From Spirochaetota bacterium (GTDB lineage Bacteria; Spirochaetota; UBA4802; UBA5550), in assembly GCA_963663865.1 (NCBI GenBank), contig OY760686.1, forward strand, positions 1,312,001 to 1,376,000: a stretch of 64,000 bases of DNA, read 5' to 3'. The notes beneath the pieces were generated by a model that did no database searches, was not told the origin of the DNA, and was given only the letters and a program-made list of their open reading frames with translations. Below are positions 27,247 to 37,946 of the stretch, in pieces (the stretch's first letter is position 1; every line of letters starts with the position of its first letter). The position numbers and the translations under genes were made by a program.

Positions 27247-29205
27247 ATGTATGCTGATATTTTAGTGCCTGTCCCGGTAGACAGGGCCTTTACCTATTTG
27301 CTTCCCGAAAATTCCGGGGCAATTCCGGGCATGAGGGTGGGAGTGGACTTTGCGGGAAGAGAGCTGACTGGCTGTATTGTCAGAGTTCACCATGAGGCTC
27401 CTGTTGACTTCACTCCAAAAGAGATTACATCGCTTATCGATGATGAACCTGTTTTCGGAGACAGTTTTCTGCGGCTTTGCGCGTTCACCGCAGAGAACTA
27501 TCTTTCGGCCCGCGGGGAGGTGGCCTCTATGGCGCTTCCGTCGGGGCTGCGTCCTTCGTCACGGCATAGAAAAAAATCGGGGGGGGATAAGGACCCTCTG
27601 AAGCCGCTCAGCGCTTCACAGTCAGCTGTCCTTAAATCAATAACAGAGCAAGTAGAAAAGAACTCCCTTTATCACCTCATCTTCGGTGTTACGGGCAGCG
27701 GCAAGACAGAAATATACATCCATCTTGCTTCGCGGATAATCAGCTCAGGAAGATCGGTAATTTTCCTTGTGCCGGAGATATCCCTCTCATCACAGATATT
27801 TGAAAGGCTTGAGGCTGTCTTCCGTGATGAATTGGTTCTGTATCACAGCGGCCTTACAGCACAGCAGAGGCTTCATTCATGGAAGCGTTTTTATTCGGGT
27901 GAATCAAGGATAGCTGTCGGAACGAGGTCAGCTGTATTTATGCAGTGTCCAGACCTGGGGCTGATTATTATAGACGAAGAGCATGACCAGTCCTACAAGG
28001 AGCATTCCACACCCAGGTACAATGCCAGGCGCATTGCCTTCTACAGGTCAAGAACGGAGGGCGCGGCAGTCATCATGGGTTCTGCCACACCGTCAATAGA
28101 AACATTTTACGCATGTCAGAAGGAGGTCATTAATCTGCATCGTCTTGAAAGCAGGTTTGGTTCAGGCGGAATGCCTTCGATTGAATTGGTAAAGCTGAGC
28201 CCGGGAAATTCGCAGAGTATGCTTACCCCCAGGTTAAAGCTATATGTAAAAAAAGCAGCAGAAAAAAAACAGCAGAGTATACTGCTTTTAAACCGGCGGG
28301 GATTTGCGCCGCTTGTAATATGTTCTTCCTGCGGTGTTCCTGTAGAATGCCCCGACTGCGGCATTGCCATGAACTACCACAATAATGGCCGGCTGATCTG
28401 CCACTATTGCGGTTACACAACAGGTATGCCTGAAAAGTGTGCTGAATGCGGATGCGAGGAGCTCATCCGTTTCGGTTCCGGAACGCAGAGGGTCGAGGAG
28501 TCGGTTGTCTCGGAATTTAGCGGGTATGCCGTTGCCAGACTTGACCACGACAGCGCCTCCCGCAAAGGGTACACACAGGACATTGTAGCAAAGATGAAGT
28601 CAGGTGAAATCAGCATACTCCTTGGAACCCAGATGGTAGCGAAGGGGTTTGATTTCCCCGGAGTAAGCGTAGTGGGAGTTCTTGTTGCAGATATCGGGCT
28701 GAACATGCCTGATTACAGGGCGAGCGAAAGGATATTCTCGCTTGTGACCCAGGCTGCCGGACGCTGCGGCCGGGGCGATGAGCCCGGCAGGGTGCTGATA
28801 CAGACCCTTGATCCAGGCAACAATATATTTAAATACATAATTAACAATGATTACGAGGGCTTTTATACGTCCGAACTTGCGGTTCGCCGGTTGGTAGGCT
28901 ATCCTCCCTTCTGCAGGCTGGCACGCCTTCTTCTCAGGGGGCAGAACGAACAGGCTGTAATAGATGCGGCATGTTCACTTTCCGGTTCAATCAGAAAGGC
29001 TGTCAGCGAGAAGGGTTTTCCTGTGACAGTACTCGGGCCCTCAGAGGCCCCGATAGGACGAATCGCCAGGAATTTCAGGCATCACATCATACTGAAATCA
29101 AAAGATGTAAACGCGATAAGGGAGGTTATAAAGCTGACGAGAGATTCTGTGAAGGGGAGGGGCCTCTATCTTGAGATTGATATTGACCCCTCTGATATGA
29201 TGTAG
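27247..29205 (+). CDS. priA: primosomal protein N' (replication restart helicase)
   Basis: GVTGSGKTE, VPEISL, DEEHD.SYK, LNRRG, four CxxC pairs, GTQMVAKG, QAAGRCGR. Confidence 0.96.
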   Translation: MYADILVPVPVDRAFTYLLPENSGAIPGMRVGVDFAGRELTGCIVRVHHEAPVDFTPKEITSLIDDEPVFGDSFLRLCAFTAENYLSARGEVASMALPSGLRPSSRHRKKSGGDKDPLKPLSASQSAVLKSITEQVEKNSLYHLIFGVTGSGKTEIYIHLASRIISSGRSVIFLVPEISLSSQIFERLEAVFRDELVLYHSGLTAQQRLHSWKRFYSGESRIAVGTRSAVFMQCPDLGLIIIDEEHDQSYKEHSTPRYNARRIAFYRSRTEGAAVIMGSATPSIETFYACQKEVINLHRLESRFGSGGMPSIELVKLSPGNSQSMLTPRLKLYVKKAAEKKQQSILLLNRRGFAPLVICSSCGVPVECPDCGIAMNYHNNGRLICHYCGYTTGMPEKCAECGCEELIRFGSGTQRVEESVVSEFSGYAVARLDHDSASRKGYTQDIVAKMKSGEISILLGTQMVAKGFDFPGVSVVGVLVADIGLNMPDYRASERIFSLVTQAAGRCGRGDEPGRVLIQTLDPGNNIFKYIINNDYEGFYTSELAVRRLVGYPPFCRLARLLLRGQNEQAVIDAACSLSGSIRKAVSEKGFPVTVLGPSEAPIGRIARNFRHHIILKSKDVNAIREVIKLTRDSVKGRGLYLEIDIDPSDMM

Positions 29206-29208
29206 CTG

Positions 29209-30441
29209 TTATTTATTTTTGATTGTTTCAAGTTCACGCCTGACAATCTCTTCAAACATCTCTGCCTTCGGGCCGCCGAGAATTCTGCGTCCGCCTATGA
29301 ACAGAGTGGGGGTTGCTTCCACCTTGTTTCTGATAGCCGCCGCCATATGCCTTCTAATCTGTGCGTCAGTTTTGTCGAGCTTCATGGCTTTTTCAAAAAG
29401 GACTTTGTCGGCATTCAAAGCGCTTCCTCCTGAAACCATGTCGAATATCTTTACTGCCCAGTCAGATGAGTACTTCTTTCTGTATTCCTTACGTGAGGCA
29501 AAATGGGTGTCGACATAGTCCTTTAGGACTCCGAGCGATGCTGCGGCCTCAACGGCGCTGGAGGCAATACAGGAGTTGTCGTAAACTGTTCTCTGGACAT
29601 CCGGGTTGCAGTCGCTGTCAAGGGGATAGTGGTAGTAAACGAATTTCACCTTTCCATCGAATTTATCAAGTATCTGCTTTTCCTTGTCGTAGAATGAACC
29701 GCAGGCGCTGCATAGGAAATCAGAAAAGACATGGATGCTGAGTTCGGCGTCAGGATTTCCAAGAACGATGCGGCTTTCCGGAAGATCAAGCTTTTCGACG
29801 GGCTTCTTGTAGAACTCTTCAGCGTATTTATCAATCTCCTGCTGGGTAACAATTTTTACCGGATGTCTTAGGCTGAGTGCCGTATTGGTCTGATAAAGCG
29901 AATAGGGAAGAAGAAAAAGTGTGATCACCGCAAGCGCTGAGGCCGCTTTTCTGTCTGACGATTCCGGCTTAAACTCCTTCAGAACAGATTTAATACTCAG
30001 TCCCTGCTCTTTCCTCAACCGTGAATACAGTAAAACAAAGACTGCAAGAACAATGATGTTTATGGCGTAGGTGGCAACACAGAGCGGACAAAACTCACCA
30101 AGATATACGAGAAGCAGGGCGAGGGCGATGTCGACAGCGACTGAAAGGACGGTAAGAGCTGTTCCTGCCGCTGTGTACGCCCTGAGGTAGAAATCATGTG
30201 CGTAGTCAGCAACGAGAACTCCAATCAGTATTACCAGGTAATAGAGAAGTCCAAACGCGGCTACCGGAATGCCCAGGAACACGGAGTACGGAGAATGAGA
30301 TACATTCGTGCACGAACCGGTTACACCGCATGACAGGATGCCGAAGTCGGCAGCCGGCTGGTAATGCTGAATCAGCAGCACAGCTGAAAGGAATGAACCT
30401 GCCGCAGCGAGGATGATAAGCAAATAGATGTATTTCTTCAT
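29209..30441 (-). CDS. VKOR-DsbA/thioredoxin fusion (disulfide bond formation)
   Basis: VKOR C..C loop, SPYSVFLGIPVA, FCPLC; thioredoxin-like FSDFLCSAC, YPLD..CN, ATPT. Confidence 0.9.
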   Translation of the reverse strand: MKKYIYLLIILAAAGSFLSAVLLIQHYQPAADFGILSCGVTGSCTNVSHSPYSVFLGIPVAAFGLLYYLVILIGVLVADYAHDFYLRAYTAAGTALTVLSVAVDIALALLLVYLGEFCPLCVATYAINIIVLAVFVLLYSRLRKEQGLSIKSVLKEFKPESSDRKAASALAVITLFLLPYSLYQTNTALSLRHPVKIVTQQEIDKYAEEFYKKPVEKLDLPESRIVLGNPDAELSIHVFSDFLCSACGSFYDKEKQILDKFDGKVKFVYYHYPLDSDCNPDVQRTVYDNSCIASSAVEAAASLGVLKDYVDTHFASRKEYRKKYSSDWAVKIFDMVSGGSALNADKVLFEKAMKLDKTDAQIRRHMAAAIRNKVEATPTLFIGGRRILGGPKAEMFEEIVRRELETIKNK

Positions 30442-30534
30442 TTTATTGCTCCAAAGAAAGGGTTTTTATGAAAACTGTGACAGCTTAGCAATCCCGCTTT
30501 TTGCGGTCAAGCTGTTCATCGCTGGCATCATGCT

Positions 30535-31695
30535 TTAGACTCCAATCATGGGATCGGTAAGCCTCTTGTGTTCCTCCAGAGCAAAACGGTCGGTCATCCC
30601 GGCAATGTAGTCCGCGCATACGAGGTAGGTGTTCACCGAAACAGCTCTTGAACGGTATTCGTCCGGAAGAATGTCAGGGTAGCGGGTATAAATGCTGAAA
30701 AGATCGCGTATCACATTCTCGGCCTTCATCGACATGCGTTTGACCTTGTAGTGTCTGTAGAGCCTGGTCTGGAGAAATGATTTTAACTCGCTGTTCGCGC
30801 GGTGCACTTCAGAGCTGAATCCCGCCAGTGTTTTGCCGCAATTGGTTACATCCAGCAGTGATTTAATACTGTTATCGCTTATTGCTACAGAGGTGGTCTC
30901 AATAAGATCTGTTACGAGGAGGTTAATTATCATCCTGATAATCTCCCGCGTAAGCAGTTTGGAATCCGGGTGCACCTGGCTGCTGCACTTTGCTGAAGCA
31001 AGCAGCCAAATCTCAAGTTCGGCAATCTCGTTCAGGGATAGAAGCCCTGAGCTTATGCCGTCATCAAGGTCGTGGCTGTTGTAGGCTATTTCATCAGCAG
31101 GGCTGATTATCTGCGCTTCAAGCGTTGGAGGGACTCCCGGGGCGAAGCTGCTGAAGCTTTCTCCGCAGTCGGGTGTTGAATGCTTGATAATTCCTTCCCG
31201 CGTTTCCCATGTCAGGTTCAGGCCGTTATAGTTTTGATAGGTCTTTTCAAGTTCTTCGACCACTCTGAGCGTTTGCCTGTTGTGCTCGAAGCCGCCATGG
31301 TCTTTCATAAGCAGGTTAAGCTGTCTCTCACCGGAATGGCCGAAAGGGGTATGGCCCAAGTCATGGGCAAGTGCTATGGCTTCGGACAGGTCTTCATTAA
31401 GCCCGAGGGCCCTCGCCGTTGTGCGGGCTATCTGGGCTACTTCAATTGTATGGGTGAGGCGTGTGCGGTAATGGTCTCCCTCATGGTTAATGAAAACCTG
31501 GGTTTTGTATTCAAGGCGCCGGAACGCCTTTGAGTGGATTATCCTTTCCCTGTCACGCTGAAACTCTGACCTGTATGGATGGCATTTTTCAGGAAAAAGT
31601 CTTCCGCGTGAGTGACTGCTGAAGCACGCGTAGGGGGCGAGAGCCTTTTCATAGGCAGGCAGATGCGCATTTTTATCTTTCAAGTGAGAGTTCAT
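30535..31695 (-). CDS. dgt: dGTP triphosphohydrolase (HD family)
   Basis: FQRDRERIIHS.AFRRL.YKTQV, RTRLTH, AHDLGHTPFGHSGE, DYIAGMTD; start moved to ATG 31695. Confidence 0.93.
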   Translation of the reverse strand: MNSHLKDKNAHLPAYEKALAPYACFSSHSRGRLFPEKCHPYRSEFQRDRERIIHSKAFRRLEYKTQVFINHEGDHYRTRLTHTIEVAQIARTTARALGLNEDLSEAIALAHDLGHTPFGHSGERQLNLLMKDHGGFEHNRQTLRVVEELEKTYQNYNGLNLTWETREGIIKHSTPDCGESFSSFAPGVPPTLEAQIISPADEIAYNSHDLDDGISSGLLSLNEIAELEIWLLASAKCSSQVHPDSKLLTREIIRMIINLLVTDLIETTSVAISDNSIKSLLDVTNCGKTLAGFSSEVHRANSELKSFLQTRLYRHYKVKRMSMKAENVIRDLFSIYTRYPDILPDEYRSRAVSVNTYLVCADYIAGMTDRFALEEHKRLTDPMIGV

Positions 31696-33724
31696 TCTCT
31701 CTTGCCTGGGCGGCTGTTTTACGGTTAATTCTAAGTTCTTCGTTTGCCGGGTCGAGCTCAATGGCCCTGGTAAATGCCTGTACCGCTCGCTGAAAATCGC
31801 CCTGATTGTAACGGCATTTACCGATGTTGCCGTATGCCTTTGAACTGAGCGAGTCATCATTCGATGCCTTAATTGCCTGATAGTACATATCGACAGCATT
31901 TTCGAACATCTGTCTTTTGCTGTACAGAACTCCGGAAGCGAAAAGAGCCTCCGGGTCGCCGGGTTTTATCAGCAGGGCCTTTTTCAGGAAGTTCATGGCT
32001 TCATCGAAATTAGCATCCGACTCCTTCTGATCCGCTGTAATATAGGCGATATTTATCAGAGATTTGCGTCCCATCTCGGTTTTTTCGTCAATTTCTGCTG
32101 CGCGTTTGTACGCACTCAACGCGTAGTCGAGCTGGTTCTTCTTGTGATATATCATAGCCATTTTATAATGCGGTTCCTGAAGCGAGGGCCATCTTGAAAT
32201 AACCGTACGGTACTGTTCCTCTGCGAGATCAAAAAAGCCGTTTTCGTAGTAGTAGCCCGCGGTTGCAAGAAGCGGGGCAGGGTTTTGGGGATTGAGCTCA
32301 GCAGCCTTCTTCCACGAAGTTACTGCAAGCTCAGGCTTTCCGCCGTGCTTATAGGAGAGGCCCAGATTAATCAAGACGTCTTCATCTTTCGGGGATATGG
32401 CCAGGGCCTTTTTGTAGGCTTCAACAGCTTCGTCATAGCGCATGGTATCATCAAGAATATTACCCATGTTGAGATAGGCGATGCGCGCGTTTTCGGTAGC
32501 CGGCTCCATCATAGTGATTTTGCGGAAAGCCTCGTAGGCTTTATCCGGCTCACCGCTTTCATAGTATATCTCTCCTATTCGTGAAAGAATTCGGACATTA
32601 CGGCCCTTAATCTCTAGGAGCCTGTTGAAGGCGGAGAGGCTTCGCCCGTATTCGCCGGCAGAAAAGTAGGCATCGCCGAGGCCCTCAAGCAATTCCGGTG
32701 AGACGCCTGAAAGGGATTCGGACTGTATGAACTCCCTGAGGGCATCTTCCTTCCTGCCCTGTCTCAGGTATGCGATTCCGAGATTGTATTTCACCGAGGC
32801 GTCATTGGGCCTGATTGAGGCTGCCTTCCTGAGGTTTTCCTCGGCGAGCTCGAAGTTCCCTCGTTCGGTGAAGATTATTCCAAGCCTGTTGTAGGCCCTG
32901 TATGCTATGTCGCCGATGCGGTCAGCGGCCCCGGCCTTTTTAAAGTACTCTACCGCGGCAAATTCATCGCCCTGCTTCATAAGAGATGAAGCAAGGTTGT
33001 ACATCACCGGGGCGTTTCCGGGGGTATCCTCAAGTATGCCGGCATAGGCATCTGCGGCCTCTCTGAACTTACCCTGTTCAAACAGGATATTCCCCCTGAG
33101 TATCCTTGTATCAGTGTCATCCGGGCTGATATCAAGCGATTTGGATATCTGCTCTGAGGCTTCTTCAAGGCGGTTTGAATGCCTGTATGCGAGAGCCAGG
33201 TTCTTCAGTATTTCAGGGTTGTTGTCATCAAGCGAAAGGGCTCTTCTGTAGTAATCGATTGCTTTTTCGTAATCGCCCCTATCGTCGGCGATCATGCCCA
33301 TATAGGTCAGAGCAATGGCCCTGTCCCGGCTGTCAGCGTCAGATTCAACAACCTCTGTGAATTCGCTAATCGCGTCTGTGTAGTATTTTTTGAGGTAGCT
33401 TTCGCTCCCGCGCTTGATGTGAATGTTGTCCGATTGCAGGCTCATACTTCCTGAAAGGCTGCCTATCGCTTTCTCGTCTCCGGCAAGTCCGGAAACTGCC
33501 GGAACTGAGGGCTTCATTTTTGACGTGTATAGCAACAGAGCCGCAGCGGCGGCAATTACAAGAAGCAGCACGGCCCCCGCTGTGATGAGGCCTCTTTTCC
33601 TGCCCGAAAGGCGGGAGGGCAGGCCGGCATCCGGGGTTATCGAGCTTATCCTGTTGGTAAGGAGTTCATCTTCAGGGATCGGAGGTCTCTCTCCTGACGG
33701 TTGAACGCGTCTAACCTTCTTCAT
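31673..33724 (-). CDS. membrane-anchored multi-TPR protein
   Basis: one TM helix near N-terminus, then many TPR repeats (YNLG, A..NLG, A..L.P.N); start uncertain (33724 or 33745). Confidence 0.85.
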   Translation of the reverse strand: MKKVRRVQPSGERPPIPEDELLTNRISSITPDAGLPSRLSGRKRGLITAGAVLLLVIAAAAALLLYTSKMKPSVPAVSGLAGDEKAIGSLSGSMSLQSDNIHIKRGSESYLKKYYTDAISEFTEVVESDADSRDRAIALTYMGMIADDRGDYEKAIDYYRRALSLDDNNPEILKNLALAYRHSNRLEEASEQISKSLDISPDDTDTRILRGNILFEQGKFREAADAYAGILEDTPGNAPVMYNLASSLMKQGDEFAAVEYFKKAGAADRIGDIAYRAYNRLGIIFTERGNFELAEENLRKAASIRPNDASVKYNLGIAYLRQGRKEDALREFIQSESLSGVSPELLEGLGDAYFSAGEYGRSLSAFNRLLEIKGRNVRILSRIGEIYYESGEPDKAYEAFRKITMMEPATENARIAYLNMGNILDDTMRYDEAVEAYKKALAISPKDEDVLINLGLSYKHGGKPELAVTSWKKAAELNPQNPAPLLATAGYYYENGFFDLAEEQYRTVISRWPSLQEPHYKMAMIYHKKNQLDYALSAYKRAAEIDEKTEMGRKSLINIAYITADQKESDANFDEAMNFLKKALLIKPGDPEALFASGVLYSKRQMFENAVDMYYQAIKASNDDSLSSKAYGNIGKCRYNQGDFQRAVQAFTRAIELDPANEELRINRKTAAQARENELSLER

Positions 33725-34166
33725 TGGTGCTGTCCGTAGAAACAATGGTTTTATTTATTGCGTCGAGGATGCCGTTAATGAACTGGCCCGAGCTGTCTCC
33801 GCTGTAGAGCTTGCCGAGCTCAATCGCTTCGTTAATTGTCACCGCGGCGGGCACCTCATGTGAGTTAAGCATCTCGTAAATGGCCAGCCTTAGAATTGAC
33901 TTGTCAACAGCGGAAAGACGTTCCAGCTTCCAGTTCCTTGAGAAGCGGTCAATAAGGCTGTCGATTCTTTCGGAGTCCGCGAGAGTTCCCCTGATAAGTG
34001 CGACGGCGAAGTCCCTGATCTCGGGGACAATATCGCTGTCAATCCACGAGAGAGAGGTGACATTGTCGAGGAGTTCATCTCTGTGATCTTCCTGATCTTT
34101 GAGTCGCATCTCGTACATGTACAGTGCCTGAAGGGCGTATTCCCTTGATTTTCTTCTATGTCCCAT
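33711..34166 (-). CDS. nusB: transcription antitermination factor NusB
   Basis: RRKSREYALQALY, W.LERL..VDKSILRLA, INEAIEL.K, FINGILD. Confidence 0.97.
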   Translation of the reverse strand: MGHRRKSREYALQALYMYEMRLKDQEDHRDELLDNVTSLSWIDSDIVPEIRDFAVALIRGTLADSERIDSLIDRFSRNWKLERLSAVDKSILRLAIYEMLNSHEVPAAVTINEAIELGKLYSGDSSGQFINGILDAINKTIVSTDSTNEEG

Positions 34167-34630
34167 CAGCGCAGTTTCTTGTAGAGGTCGGTCATTTCAA
34201 TTGCCGAAAAGGCGGCGTCAAAACCCTTGTTTCCTGATTTTGTGCCGGCCCTTTCAACAGCCTGTTCTATCGAGTCGGTGGTTATCACTCCGAATATCAC
34301 CGGAACCCCAGTGCTCATCGAAACCTGTGCCACTCCCTTGGATACCTCTGCCGCAACATAGTCGAAGTGCGGGGTTGCGCCTCTGATAACCGCGCCGAGG
34401 CATATGACAGCGTCATATTTCCCTGATTCCGCAGCTATTTTTGCTGCCGGTGGAATTTCGAAGGCGCCCGGAACGCGTATGGCGGTAATGTTTTTGCTTT
34501 CCGCGTTGTGGCGTAGCAGACAGTCGACTGCGCCGTCGAGCAGTTTCCCTGTAATAAAGTCATTGAACCTTGAAACGACAATCGCGAAGCTTTTGCCCGA
34601 CGCGTCGAGTTTTCCTTCTATGGTATTCAT
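34166..34630 (-). CDS. ribH: 6,7-dimethyl-8-ribityllumazine synthase
   Basis: [35 protein letters not shown]. Confidence 0.97.
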   Translation of the reverse strand: MNTIEGKLDASGKSFAIVVSRFNDFITGKLLDGAVDCLLRHNAESKNITAIRVPGAFEIPPAAKIAAESGKYDAVICLGAVIRGATPHFDYVAAEVSKGVAQVSMSTGVPVIFGVITTDSIEQAVERAGTKSGNKGFDAAFSAIEMTDLYKKLR

Positions 34631-34970
34631 CTCAGATTTTCCCTGGTTTTAGAATGTGTTTGTGTGCAAACGCTCATTATATCCTCAGTTAAAACGGCTA
34701 ATCGTCAAGCCTTTTTTAAAGGCCGGGGGGGGATGTCTTTGCGAGTCAATGCCTCCGGAAAACACATGGCCCAATCTATTTCATTGCCCGGCAGAAATGC
34801 TTTGAGGGCAGTCGTGCGTCAGATGGAAGCTGTGATTTGCCGCTCGGGGGTTCGGGCCGGAGCGCTCTGAAATAATCATATCGATGAGATTGTTAAAAAA
34901 ACTGTTTCATGCCGCTGATTTGAAAAAAATCTTGACAATACGGGCCCTTGAAAATTTGTTATTTATATCA

Positions 34971-35044
34971 GGGCGATTAGCTCAGCTGGTTAGAGTGCCT
35001 GCTTGACGTGCAGGAGGTCACTGGTTCGACTCCAGTATCGCCCA
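34971..35044 (+). tRNA. tRNA-Val (GAC); CCA not encoded
   Basis: acceptor GGGCGAT/ATCGCCC, D-arm GCTC..GAGT, anticodon arm CCTGC-TTGACGT-GCAGG, T-arm ACTGG-TTCGACT-CCAGT. Confidence 0.96.
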
Positions 35045-35074
35045 AAGATTCCCGCCGATGCAATGGAGACTACC

Positions 35075-36994
35075 TTGAGTGATAAGATAAAGATCATATT
35101 GCCTGACTCGACCGAAATAAGCGCGGAAAAAGGTATAACCGCGGGTGAGGCAGCCGGGCTTATAAGCAAGGGGCTGCAGTCAGCTGCCCTTGCCGCAGAG
35201 GTTAACGGACATGACGTTGACCTCACAACTCCCATCAACGAAGACTCTTCTTTAAACTTAATAACATTTAAAACAGAAAAGGGCAGAACGCTCTACTGGC
35301 ATTCGGCTTCGCACCTTATGGCGCAGGCAATAAAGCGGCTTTATCCATCGGTAAAATTTGCGATCGGCCCTTCGGTAGAGAGCGGATTCTACTATGATAT
35401 AGACCTCGACGTAAGTCTGGTCCCTGAAGACCTTGAAAAGATTGAAGCAGAGATGCTTAAAATCGCGGAAGAGGGCGCCGAGGTTAAGCGTGAGGTCATG
35501 AGCCGCGAAAAGGCGCGAGAGCTCTTTGCTGCAAGCGGCGAGGTCTACAAGGTCGAGATGATCGACGAGATAGAGGCCGATACAGTTTCCGTTTACAGGC
35601 AGGGAGAATTCTTCGATCTATGCCGGGGCCCTCATGTGCCCGATGCCTCTTACATCAAGGCGTTCAAGCTTCTTTCAGTCGCTGGCGCGTACTGGAAGGG
35701 CGACGAAAAAAACAAGATGCTTCAGCGGATTTACGGAACAGCCTTCCCTGACAGGAAAGAGCTGAAAAAGCATCTTGAGCTTATTGAGGAAGCAAAAAAA
35801 CGGGATCACCGAAAAATAGGCAAAGAGCTTGAGATATTCTCCTTCAGCAATGACGTTGGAGTCGGCCTGCCGCTCTGGCACCCAAACGGCGCTATACTGC
35901 GTTACATAATCGATAAATTTGAGACAGCTGAGCATCTCAAGCGTGGATACAAGCTTTACACGGTACCGCATATCGCCAGATCAAATCTGTACGAGACATC
36001 GGGCCACCTCGGCTTTTACAATCAGAACATGTATTCGCCTATTCAGATTGACGGACAGGACTATTATCTGAAGCCGATGAACTGCCCGTCGCAGATTCAG
36101 ATTTTCAACAGCACCATGAAAAGTTACAGGGATCTGCCCTATAAAGCATTCGAGATGGGGACTGTTTACAGATATGAGCGGTCTGGTGTTCTACATGGAC
36201 TGACCAGGGTAAGAGGATTTACCCAGGATGACGCTCATATCTTCTGTACCGAAGATCAGGTTGCAGAAGAGATCGGGAAGGTCCTGGCATTTACACTTGA
36301 GATTCTGGGAGTGTTCGGCTTTCATGAGAAAAACATTTACCTTTCAACCAGACCGGAAAAATCAGTTGGAACTGACAGGAACTGGGAGATAGCAACTGAA
36401 GCCCTTAAAACAGCACTTGAGGTCAATAATGTTGATTACAGCATAGATCCGGGAGAGGGGGTATTTTACGGACCCAAGATCGATGTAAAGATAAAAGATG
36501 CTATAGGCCGTGAATGGCAGTGCAGCACCATTCAGGTTGATTTCAACCTTCCGGAGAGATTTGACATCTCTTATATCGGAAGCGATGGCCAGAAGCACCG
36601 CCCCATAATGATTCACCGAGCTCTTCTTGGCTCTCTTGAGCGGTTCATCGGCATACTTATCGAGCATCACAGCGGCAAGTTTCCGGCATGGCTGGCTCCT
36701 GTGCAGATGATTATTGCCAGCGTTTCTGAGGAACAGGCAGCGTATGTTGAAGGGCTTAAGAACAGGCTTTTAGTTGAAGAGATGAGGCCCGAGATTGATG
36801 TGAGAAGCGAGTCAATAGGCTATAAGATCAGAGAGGCTATATCCAAAAAAGTACCTTACATTTGCGTTGCAGGAGCAAAGGAGGCCGCGTCCGGCGAGAT
36901 ATCAGTGAGACGTCTCGGGCAGAAGGAGTCAGTTACCATGACAGTCGATTCATTTGTACAGATGGTGAAAGAAGAGGTTGCAGATAAGAAATAG
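35075..36994 (+). CDS. thrS: threonine--tRNA ligase
   Basis: WHSASHLMA, DLCRGPH, RDHRKIG, KPMNCP, RYERSG.LHGL.RVRGFTQDDAH, FYGPKID; start set at TTG 35075 after GGAG (ATG 35063 is the alternative). Confidence 0.97.
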   Translation: MSDKIKIILPDSTEISAEKGITAGEAAGLISKGLQSAALAAEVNGHDVDLTTPINEDSSLNLITFKTEKGRTLYWHSASHLMAQAIKRLYPSVKFAIGPSVESGFYYDIDLDVSLVPEDLEKIEAEMLKIAEEGAEVKREVMSREKARELFAASGEVYKVEMIDEIEADTVSVYRQGEFFDLCRGPHVPDASYIKAFKLLSVAGAYWKGDEKNKMLQRIYGTAFPDRKELKKHLELIEEAKKRDHRKIGKELEIFSFSNDVGVGLPLWHPNGAILRYIIDKFETAEHLKRGYKLYTVPHIARSNLYETSGHLGFYNQNMYSPIQIDGQDYYLKPMNCPSQIQIFNSTMKSYRDLPYKAFEMGTVYRYERSGVLHGLTRVRGFTQDDAHIFCTEDQVAEEIGKVLAFTLEILGVFGFHEKNIYLSTRPEKSVGTDRNWEIATEALKTALEVNNVDYSIDPGEGVFYGPKIDVKIKDAIGREWQCSTIQVDFNLPERFDISYIGSDGQKHRPIMIHRALLGSLERFIGILIEHHSGKFPAWLAPVQMIIASVSEEQAAYVEGLKNRLLVEEMRPEIDVRSESIGYKIREAISKKVPYICVAGAKEAASGEISVRRLGQKESVTMTVDSFVQMVKEEVADKK

Positions 36995-37135
36995 ATGTGT
37001 TGCGTTTGTTCCCGTGAGTTGCTGTCTGGCGGAAAAAATAACCGGCGGTCAGGAATTGTAGTTGATTTTAAAATATCCCCTGTAAAGCTGACCTTTACAT
37101 ATTAAATCAAAGTTATTGGGGGTATTCTAACATAT

Positions 37136-37678
37136 ATGAAACGAGGAATGGGGCCCGGATCAGCCAGATCGGAGGAGTACAGGGTTAACGAGCAGATTGA
37201 CGCATCTGAAGTCAGGCTTGTTGGTGAAGATGACAAAGACGCGGTAATTATTTCTCTTAAAGATGCCCTGGAGCTTGCCGTAAAACGTGAAATGGATCTG
37301 GTTGAGATTTCTCCGAACCAGGATCCCCCGATTGTCAGAATAACCGATTACAGCAAGTTTAAATATGAACAGCTGAAAAAGGCTAAAGAAGCCAAAAAGA
37401 AGCAGAAGACGATTCAGCTCAAAGAAATAAAAATGCGTCCCGCGATTGACAGTCACGATTTCGTCCACAAAGTCAAGCACGCGCGCGATTTCCTTGAGGA
37501 GGGCGATAAGGTCAAGTTCACGCTGATGTTCAGGGGCCGGGAGATGGTTCATCCGGAGCTTGGATTTGAGGTCATGAAGCGGATTCAAAATGAGCTTGAT
37601 GATGTTGCAGTTGTTGAGAAGGATGCCTCTCAGGAAGGGCGAAATATCACCATGATTGTCTCTCTAAAGAAGAAGTAA
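37136..37678 (+). CDS. infC: translation initiation factor IF-3
   Basis: RVNEQI, DLVEISP..PP, DY.KFKYE, KEIKMRP, FRGRE. Confidence 0.97.
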   Translation: MKRGMGPGSARSEEYRVNEQIDASEVRLVGEDDKDAVIISLKDALELAVKREMDLVEISPNQDPPIVRITDYSKFKYEQLKKAKEAKKKQKTIQLKEIKMRPAIDSHDFVHKVKHARDFLEEGDKVKFTLMFRGREMVHPELGFEVMKRIQNELDDVAVVEKDASQEGRNITMIVSLKKK

Positions 37679-37741
37679 CCAATGCCGCGAGAGCGGCAGA
37701 ATGACAGATAAACCTTTTATATAGAAACAGTGAGGAACAAA

Positions 37742-37939
37742 ATGCCTAAGTTAAAGTCGAACAGTGGTGCTAAAAAGCGTTTTAAAATAACAAGAAACGG
37801 AAAGGTTGTTTACGCGAGAGGATTCAAGAGGCACATTCTTGAGTCGAAGTCTCCGAAAAGGAAAAGACAGCTTAGAGGTACAGCGGTGGTCGCAGAAGCT
37901 GATACTCCCCGTGTGAAGGCAATGCTGCCCTACGCATAA
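37742..37939 (+). CDS. rpmI: 50S ribosomal protein L35
   Basis: [22 protein letters not shown]; SD GAGG before ATG 37742. Confidence 0.96.
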   Translation: MPKLKSNSGAKKRFKITRNGKVVYARGFKRHILESKSPKRKRQLRGTAVVAEADTPRVKAMLPYA

Positions 37940-37946
37940 TAATTGA

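Noticed and set aside
30535-31899. anti-phage dGTPase, and the long N-terminal extension in the ORF track
   Set aside because: It lies in a housekeeping ribH-nusB-TPR operon with no defence context; the extension overlaps the TPR gene, so the start was moved to 31695.
34631-34970. FMN riboswitch upstream of ribH
   Set aside because: No RFN consensus blocks visible on the minus strand.
34971-35075. tRNA-anchored integrative element, or ThrS N-terminal extension from 35003
   Set aside because: No integrase or duplicated tRNA 3' end seen; the longer ORF merely reads through the tRNA.
37118-37138. non-canonical ATT start for infC at 37124
   Set aside because: In frame but only 1 nt from the G-rich SD-like run; cannot be preferred over ATG 37136 from sequence alone.
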